DNA of 64,000 nucleotides from contig CAWGXL010000002.1 of the NCBI GenBank assembly GCA_963826535.1, positions 96,654 to 160,653 of the forward strand, given 5' to 3'. Position numbers and translations under genes: made by a program. The DNA comes from an uncultured bacterium (GTDB lineage: Bacteria; Patescibacteriota; Microgenomatia; Levybacterales; UBA12049). Below are positions 58,268 to 64,000 of the stretch, piece after piece. The notes beneath the pieces were generated by a model. That model was not told the origin of the DNA, searched no databases, and was given only the letters and a program-made list of their open reading frames with translations. Each line of letters begins with the position of its first letter. Within the stretch, counting starts at the first letter, position 1.

Positions 58268-59425
58268 ATGCAAAGGTTAGAACAGGCAATACCTGGAATA
58301 ATCGATGGAGTCAATGGTTTTGCACCATGGGAAGCGCCTCATCGTGAAGCGATTAAACCTCAACAGGTTCCATTTGCTATGCATAATGGGAAAGAACGAC
58401 GTCCGACACATTCCATAGACCACGGTGATTTTCAGATAATAGCAATTCCTGGATTAATGGGTATTTTTAATATCACAGCATTCCCAAGAGATAATGATTC
58501 GACGCATCTTCTAGGACGACAACTAATTGATCGTCAAAAAATTACTATTGGAACACCGGATACTTCAAGACTAGTATGGCTTACGATGAATAATAGGCAT
58601 TTAGAAACGACCCCGGAACAGAGTATTTGGGAACCAGGCGATACACTTGGTTACAATTTGGAAGATCCAAGAGCTGTTGTTGTTAGTAAAAGTAAAAGAG
58701 TAGCTCTGGGATTATCAGCGTTGTCAGAAAAACCAGACGACAATGGAATCTATCTTCCATACCCTGCTCGGGCGTATGTTGACAGTATAAATCCTACAGC
58801 CCTGGTAGACTTGGAGGTCATAACAGAGTTTGGGCCAGGGAAAAACTTCGTGTCACTAGGCTATCCGGGAGAAGAAGATAATTGGTGGGGTTTTAGACGT
58901 GAAGGTGAAGGCTTAGGACATGAATTACTAGTTCTCCATGATGATGGAAAGAAATTCCGAGCAGTGGGAACATTACCTCTTCCAAAGGATATACCTGGTT
59001 TCGGATTAAAGGCAGGTGCCTCTGCAACGCCGGTATGGATTGATGAACAATGGGGAATTATCCCTTTCCACGGTATGGAATTTGAAAATGGTTTATTTGT
59101 TTACTCGCAAGGAGTAGCGATACTAGAAAGAGGGACTTCTCATGAGCAACCATTCGCTGTTAAAAATCCGATACCAACCCTACACCCCGACCACTTTAAT
59201 CCTCTTAGAGGCGAAGATCTAACGGCTCTAGAATTAAATCCCATAATTAGAAGAGCAACATATAGCACCGGCTTGCATGTTGATGTTTCAAATGACATAT
59301 TCAGAACCTTAGTTAGCGTTGGAGATACTGTTACTGTTTTTGAAAATCGAAAATTATCAAAAGTGAAAGAAATGCTCAGAACCAAAAAATCAGGAGTAAT
59401 TTATCCTAGCTCCCAGGCTGCTTAA
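58268..59425 (+). CDS. GH130-like beta-propeller glycosidase/phosphorylase
   Basis: LEDPRAV, GKNFV, PFHG, YSQG, SVGD motifs. Confidence 0.6.
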   Translation: MQRLEQAIPGIIDGVNGFAPWEAPHREAIKPQQVPFAMHNGKERRPTHSIDHGDFQIIAIPGLMGIFNITAFPRDNDSTHLLGRQLIDRQKITIGTPDTSRLVWLTMNNRHLETTPEQSIWEPGDTLGYNLEDPRAVVVSKSKRVALGLSALSEKPDDNGIYLPYPARAYVDSINPTALVDLEVITEFGPGKNFVSLGYPGEEDNWWGFRREGEGLGHELLVLHDDGKKFRAVGTLPLPKDIPGFGLKAGASATPVWIDEQWGIIPFHGMEFENGLFVYSQGVAILERGTSHEQPFAVKNPIPTLHPDHFNPLRGEDLTALELNPIIRRATYSTGLHVDVSNDIFRTLVSVGDTVTVFENRKLSKVKEMLRTKKSGVIYPSSQAA

Positions 59426-59805
59426 TCATTTATAAAACTTTTTTTGTGAATTCCATTTCTCAACGCATTTAATATAAGCAGCGCACATTTCATTCTTGTT
59501 GGAGTGAGAGTAATACCCAGTAAGTCGAGTACAACTTCTGCATCAATTTTTCGAAGATCAGTTACCGATTTTTGTTTTATTTCCTCGGTAAAAAGAGAAG
59601 CAGAGGCTTTGGAAATAGCACAACCCTCGCCAATAAACGCGACTTCCTTAACTCTATTATTTTTTAATTTAATTGTAAGACGGATCCTGTCCCCGCAATA
59701 CGGATTATCTTCCTCAACATCAATATCAGGATCTTGTACCACACCGTAATTCTGTGGGTTTTTCCAATGTTCCAAAATAATGTCGCGATATAATTGATCC
59801 TGCAT
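59422..59805 (-). CDS. sufU: SUF system SufU/NifU-like protein
   Basis: LYRDIILEHWKNPQNYG, NPYCGD, GCAISKASAS, RMKCALL. Confidence 0.93.
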   Translation of the reverse strand: MQDQLYRDIILEHWKNPQNYGVVQDPDIDVEEDNPYCGDRIRLTIKLKNNRVKEVAFIGEGCAISKASASLFTEEIKQKSVTDLRKIDAEVVLDLLGITLTPTRMKCALLILNALRNGIHKKSFIND

Positions 59806-59807
59806 AA

Positions 59808-60380
59808 TTAAATTTTCAAAGTTTTTTTTACAACGTTAATTCCTTCGACTAATCTATCAACATCCTCCTTAGTATTATATAAATACAGAGATGCTCTCGC
59901 TGTAGCCGGTACACCTAGAGCTTGCATAGTAATTTGTGCGCAGTGATGGCCGGAGCGGATTGCAATATTTTGTCCATCGAGAATTTGAGCGATATCATGC
60001 GCATGGGCGTTTGTTATATTAAAAGAAAAAATACCGAGCCGGTCTTTATATGTTTTTGGACCGTATAATTTTAAGAAAGGTAAATTTTTTAATTTTTCAA
60101 GTGCATATTTAGTTAGTTCATTTTCATAACTAGCGATTTTTTCCCAACCAATTTTTTTTAAATATGAAATTGAGGCTGACAAACCTACAACCCCTTCAAG
60201 ATTACCGGTTCCTGCTTCAAATTTATCAGGAAGATCAGCCCAAGTTGCTTTATTTTTGGTTACAGTTTTTATCATATGACTACCGACATGAAGCGGATCC
60301 ATTGTTTCGAGCAAATCTTCCTTTGCCCATAGCACACCGACCCCCGTTGGCCCAAGCATTTTGTGAGCGGAGAAGGCAAG
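59808..60380 (-). CDS. sufS: Cysteine desulfurase SufS, C-terminal half only (truncated at the junction)
   Basis: LAFSAHKMLGPTGVG, KFEAGT, IRSGHHCAQ, RASLYLYNT. The N-terminal part of track ORF 59808..61076 is antisense of the GC-rich hyfF. Confidence 0.9.
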   Translation of the reverse strand, partial: LAFSAHKMLGPTGVGVLWAKEDLLETMDPLHVGSHMIKTVTKNKATWADLPDKFEAGTGNLEGVVGLSASISYLKKIGWEKIASYENELTKYALEKLKNLPFLKLYGPKTYKDRLGIFSFNITNAHAHDIAQILDGQNIAIRSGHHCAQITMQALGVPATARASLYLYNTKEDVDRLVEGINVVKKTLKI

Positions 60381-60385
60381 ACGTT
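60375..60385. other. Abrupt AT-rich to GC-rich junction, probable chimeric join
   Basis: sufS and hyfF are both cut mid-gene at ...gaaggcaag|acgttcttcc. No repeats or mobile-element genes are present. Confidence 0.85.
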
Positions 60386-61328
60386 CTTCCTGGGGTATGC
60401 CGCGGTGCAGGCGGGAGGCGACCCCTCGCTGCTGTTCGATGACCTCGTCCGCAACGCGCCGGGATTCTCGAAGCCCTGGCTGCAAGCCGCCTTCGTGCTG
60501 CTCGTGGTCGGGTATGGAACGAAGATGGGATTGGCCCCCATGCATACGTGGAAGCCCGACGCGTATGGCGAGGCGCCGGGGATCGTGGGCGCCCTGATGG
60601 CCGGCGCCCTGACGAGCTGCGCCTTCCTCGCTCTTTCCCGGGTCTTTCACGTTCTGACCGCCGCGGGAGAGGGAGCATTTGCTGGGCGCATCCTGGTCGT
60701 GCTCGGGCTCTTCTCCATGGCCGTCGCCGGCGTGTTCACGGTCCGTCAGCGAGACCTGAAGCGCATGCTGGCGTATTCGAGCGTCGAGCACATGGGAATT
60801 CTGGCGTTCGGTCTCGGCCTCGGCGGCAGCGGTATCTTCGGCGCCTTCCTGCACATGCTGAACAACGGGATCATCAAGGGCGTGATGTTCCTCTCGGCCG
60901 GGAACATCCACCGGGCCTACGACAGCAAGTACGTCGAGGACGTGTCGGGGGCGCTCCGGCGCGTCCCGTGGTCCGGCGCCTTGTTCCTGGCCGGGTTCTT
61001 CGCGGTGACCGGCTCTCCGCCCTTTGGCCCGTTCGTCAGCGAGCTGTCCATTCTCAATGCCGCGATGGAACAGCATCGCTGGGGCGTCGCGGCGGCCATG
61101 CTGGGTCTGCTTCTCGTCGTGTTCATGGGGATGGGGGTGACGGTGCTCGGAGTCGTCCAGGGCGAGGCGGGGCCGAGCTCGAGCCAGTCCCGATTCCGGG
61201 ACGGCGTTCTCAACACATTGCCGGCGCTGGTGCTCCTGGCCATGTCGTTCGGCATGGGAGTGGCCATGCCCGACGCGATCCAGTCGATGGTCCGGGAGGC
61301 CGCGGACTACGTCGGAGGCCGGCGATGA
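60381..61328 (+). CDS. hyfF: HyfF-like antiporter subunit, N-terminally truncated
   Basis: GYGTKMGLAPMHTWKPDAY, KRMLAYSSVEHMG, GSPPFGPFVSE. Confidence 0.88.
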   Translation, partial: TFFLGYAAVQAGGDPSLLFDDLVRNAPGFSKPWLQAAFVLLVVGYGTKMGLAPMHTWKPDAYGEAPGIVGALMAGALTSCAFLALSRVFHVLTAAGEGAFAGRILVVLGLFSMAVAGVFTVRQRDLKRMLAYSSVEHMGILAFGLGLGGSGIFGAFLHMLNNGIIKGVMFLSAGNIHRAYDSKYVEDVSGALRRVPWSGALFLAGFFAVTGSPPFGPFVSELSILNAAMEQHRWGVAAAMLGLLLVVFMGMGVTVLGVVQGEAGPSSSQSRFRDGVLNTLPALVLLAMSFGMGVAMPDAIQSMVREAADYVGGRR

Positions 61329-62860
61329 GCCTCCGGGCGGGGCGCGCGGTCGAGAATGGCGAAGCCGTCCCGGTGGGCGAAGTCCCCGAGCTGTCGAACG
61401 AGGAGTTCCGGCAGGTCGTGATCGAGGCCTGCCGTCGGGAGCGGCGAGTGTCGGCGCTGTTCGGCGACTCGAGAGACGGCGAGGGTGGCCGCGATCTCGT
61501 GGAGCTCTACGCGGTACTGGCCGAGGAGGACACGGCGTCGCTGCTCCTCGCCCGGACCCGGATCGAGGCCGACGTCTTCGAGTCGCTGACGCCGGATTGC
61601 CCGCAGGTGCACCTGTTCGAGCGCGAGATTGCCGAGCAGTACGGGTGCGTGCCGCGGGGGCACCCGTGGCTGAAGCCCGTTCGGTTCCATGCCCCGTACC
61701 GTCGCCCGGCCTCGGGCGTCGAGACGGGGCCCAGGCCGCCCGTGGTCGGAGTGATGGACTACTACCGGGTCGAGGGCGACGAGGTGCACGAGGTGGCGGT
61801 CGGGCCCGTGCACGCGGGGATCATCGAGCCGGGCCACTTTCGCTTCCAGTGCCACGGGGAGACGGTGTTCCACCTCGAGATCTCGCTCGGCTACCAGCAC
61901 CGGGGCATCGAGCGGCACCTCGTCGGCGGTCCGACGCCCAGGACCGTGCACTACATGGAGACGCTCGCCGGCGACACGACGCTCGGTCACGCGACCGCGT
62001 ACTGCCACGCCGTGGAAGCCCTGGCCCGGATCCACGCCCCGGCGAAGGCGCAGTTCATTCGCGGCATCGCGCTCGAGCTGGAGCGACTGGCGAACCACGT
62101 CGGCGATCTCGGTGCTCTCGCGGGCGATGTCGGCTATCTGCCCACGGCCTCGTTCTGCGGGCGCATCCGCGGCGACTACCTGAACATGAGCGCGCTCTTG
62201 TGCGGGAATCGATTCGGCCGGGACCTGACTCGCGTGGGCGGCGTGCGCTTCGACATCGACGAAGCGGTGCGAGAGAGCCTTGTCACGCGGCTGGACGCCG
62301 CGGAGCGGGACACCGCGAGTGCCGTGAACCTGCTCTGGGAGTCGTCGTCGGTGATGTCGCGGTTCGAGGATGCCGGGAGCATCTCGGAGGAGGTCGCGCG
62401 GGAGATCGGTCTCGTGGGCCCGGCCGCCCGCGCCAGTGGCCTGGGACGCGACGTGCGAACCGACTTTCCCAAGGGCGTCTACCGCTACAGCCACGTGCCG
62501 ATGTGCACGTGGAGCACCGGTGATGTCTTTGCGCGGGCGTACGTCCGCTGGCTCGAGATCCAGAACTCGATCCGCTTTATCCGCGAGGAGCTTCAGGAGC
62601 TGCCGGAAGGCGCGCTCCAGGTGAGTGTGCCCATCTTGATGCCCGAGAGCATCGTGGTGTCGCTCGTCGAGGGCTGGCGTGGGGAGATCTGCCACGTGGC
62701 GATCACCGACGAGGCGGGGAAGTTCCGCCGCTACAAGGTCGTCGACCCCTCGTTCCACAACTGGTCCGGTCTCGCGCTCGCCCTCCGCGGACAGGAGATC
62801 TCGGACTTTCCGTTGTGCAACAAGAGCTTCAACCTGTCCTACGCGGGCTTCGACCTGTGA
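61325..62860 (+). CDS. hyfG: HyfG/NuoCD-like large subunit lacking Ni-binding CxxC motifs (Ehr-type)
   Basis: ATG 61325 overlaps the hyfF stop. Motifs FEREI, GPVHAGIIEPGHFRF, LELERLANH, EGWRGE, SFNLSYAGFDL. Confidence 0.88.
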   Translation: MSLRAGRAVENGEAVPVGEVPELSNEEFRQVVIEACRRERRVSALFGDSRDGEGGRDLVELYAVLAEEDTASLLLARTRIEADVFESLTPDCPQVHLFEREIAEQYGCVPRGHPWLKPVRFHAPYRRPASGVETGPRPPVVGVMDYYRVEGDEVHEVAVGPVHAGIIEPGHFRFQCHGETVFHLEISLGYQHRGIERHLVGGPTPRTVHYMETLAGDTTLGHATAYCHAVEALARIHAPAKAQFIRGIALELERLANHVGDLGALAGDVGYLPTASFCGRIRGDYLNMSALLCGNRFGRDLTRVGGVRFDIDEAVRESLVTRLDAAERDTASAVNLLWESSSVMSRFEDAGSISEEVAREIGLVGPAARASGLGRDVRTDFPKGVYRYSHVPMCTWSTGDVFARAYVRWLEIQNSIRFIREELQELPEGALQVSVPILMPESIVVSLVEGWRGEICHVAITDEAGKFRRYKVVDPSFHNWSGLALALRGQEISDFPLCNKSFNLSYAGFDL

Positions 62861-63729
62861 TTCGTCTCCTTCGAGCTCGAGTGCTTCAGGGTCATCGGAC
62901 CATGCCGTTTCCGGACGGGCCTCCGCCGGAGCTGCCCGCGCGGTTTCGCGGCCGGCCCGAGATCGACGCCGGCCTGTGCCGGTCCGGCTGCCGCGCGTGC
63001 GCGGAGGCCTGTCCGACCCAGGCGATCACGGGCGGGGAGTCGGCTCAGATCGACCTCGGCCGCTGCCTCTTCTGCACCGACTGCGTGGAGGCCTGTCCCG
63101 AGGGCGCGATCTCCTTCACCAATGACTATCGTCTCGCGGTGCGCCGGCGCGAGGACCTCGTGGTCTGCGGCAATCAGGATGCGCTCCCGCTCGCCGCGGA
63201 GCTGGGTGCGGAGCTGCATCGCCTGCTCGGGCGGTCGCTCAAGCTGCGCCAGGTATCGGCGGGCGGCTGCAATGGGTGCGAGCTCGATACCAATGTCCTC
63301 AACACGGTGGGCTGGGACCTCGGGCGGTTCGGGGTGCAATTCGTGGCGTCTCCTCGACACGCGGACGGCCTGCTCATCACCGGCGCGGTCTCCCAGAACA
63401 TGAAGCTCGCGCTCCAGAAGACCTACGATGCGATCCCCGCGCCGAAGATCGTCATCGCCGTGGGGGCATGCGCCGTCGGCGGCGGCCCGTTCGCCGGCCA
63501 CGCGGAGGTGAACGACGGGGCCACCGATCTGCTGCCGATCGACCTGCTGATACCGGGCTGTCCGCCGCACCCCCTCACGATCCTCGACGGCATCCTCCGG
63601 TTGCTGGGTCGAGTGGACGGCGGGAAGCCCCGGTCGAGTCCGGCGATCGAGCAACCCGGGCAGTCAGCGTGGCGAGCCAGGCCGGGTGGTGGCACGCCGC
63701 CCGGCCGTGTGGGCGAACAGCGGCCGTGA
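62857..63729 (+). CDS. hyfI: 2x[4Fe-4S] ferredoxin fused to a NuoB/HyfI-like small subunit
   Basis: GTG 62857. Motifs CRACAEACP, CLFCTDCVEACP, GGCNGCE, SPRHAD, VGACA, PGCPPHP. Confidence 0.85.
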   Translation: MIRLLRARVLQGHRTMPFPDGPPPELPARFRGRPEIDAGLCRSGCRACAEACPTQAITGGESAQIDLGRCLFCTDCVEACPEGAISFTNDYRLAVRRREDLVVCGNQDALPLAAELGAELHRLLGRSLKLRQVSAGGCNGCELDTNVLNTVGWDLGRFGVQFVASPRHADGLLITGAVSQNMKLALQKTYDAIPAPKIVIAVGACAVGGGPFAGHAEVNDGATDLLPIDLLIPGCPPHPLTILDGILRLLGRVDGGKPRSSPAIEQPGQSAWRARPGGGTPPGRVGEQRP

Positions 63730-64000
63730 TCTGGCCCGTCCGTCGCCGGTCCTCACGCCACGCGCCAAGCGTGACCCGCGGGCCGGCCCTAGGCCTGCGG
63801 CCTGGCGATTCCTTGCAGCCCTAAATTTTAGGGCTGCGGGATACGCGGACGGCGCCGCGCAACCTATTCAGAATTGGAGGTCATCCGCCTGTCCAGCGTA
63901 AAGTATGGCGCGAGTGAGGAAAACGCCCGCACCATGAACCTGCTCCAGACCTGCATACCTGCCGACGCGCGCAGCGTCTGCCGTCTTACGGAGCCGGATA

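Noticed and set aside
59808-61076. 422-aa ORF as a novel SufS fusion protein
   Set aside because: The N-terminal part is the stop-free antisense of GC-rich hyfF read across the junction.
60280-63901. Many overlapping ORFs in the GC-rich part, including the N-terminal extension of 60548..62860
   Set aside because: These are shadow frames expected at high GC. They are Arg/Gly/Pro-rich with no motifs.
60381-64000. Horizontally acquired hydrogenase island in a CPR genome
   Set aside because: Genes on both sides are cut mid-CDS with no mobility signatures, so a chimera is the simpler explanation.

Overview
Bases 1-~60380 are AT-rich and look like a Patescibacteria/CPR (Microgenomates-like) chromosome. 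This is inferred from gene content and the many leaderless genes. The region carries a PilB/GspE ATPase with Hpt and receiver proteins, gpmA, rsmI, lexA with a palindromic operator, histidine kinases, two PIN toxin-antitoxin pairs, CAP/dockerin surface proteins, rnhB, tRNA-Lys(CTT), tRNA-Asn(GTT), a VirD4-like ATPase, coaBC, a cobalamin-riboswitch operon, a membrane Clp-like ATPase, an S8 protease, ilvA-ridA and sufU-sufS'. The main unexplained structure is the ~16 kb downstream of tRNA-Asn (~21.6-37.65 kb). It is an array of small accessory genes separated by about a dozen co-oriented degenerate repeats. These repeats share the GCTCC(N7)GAC core of the tRNA 3' end and read as conserved peptide tails, consistent with att scars from serial integration into the tRNA. 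No recombinase gene is visible in the window. At ~60380 the sequence switches abruptly, mid-gene on both sides, to very GC-rich DNA encoding an Ehr/Hyf-like complex. This is most likely a chimeric join rather than biology.
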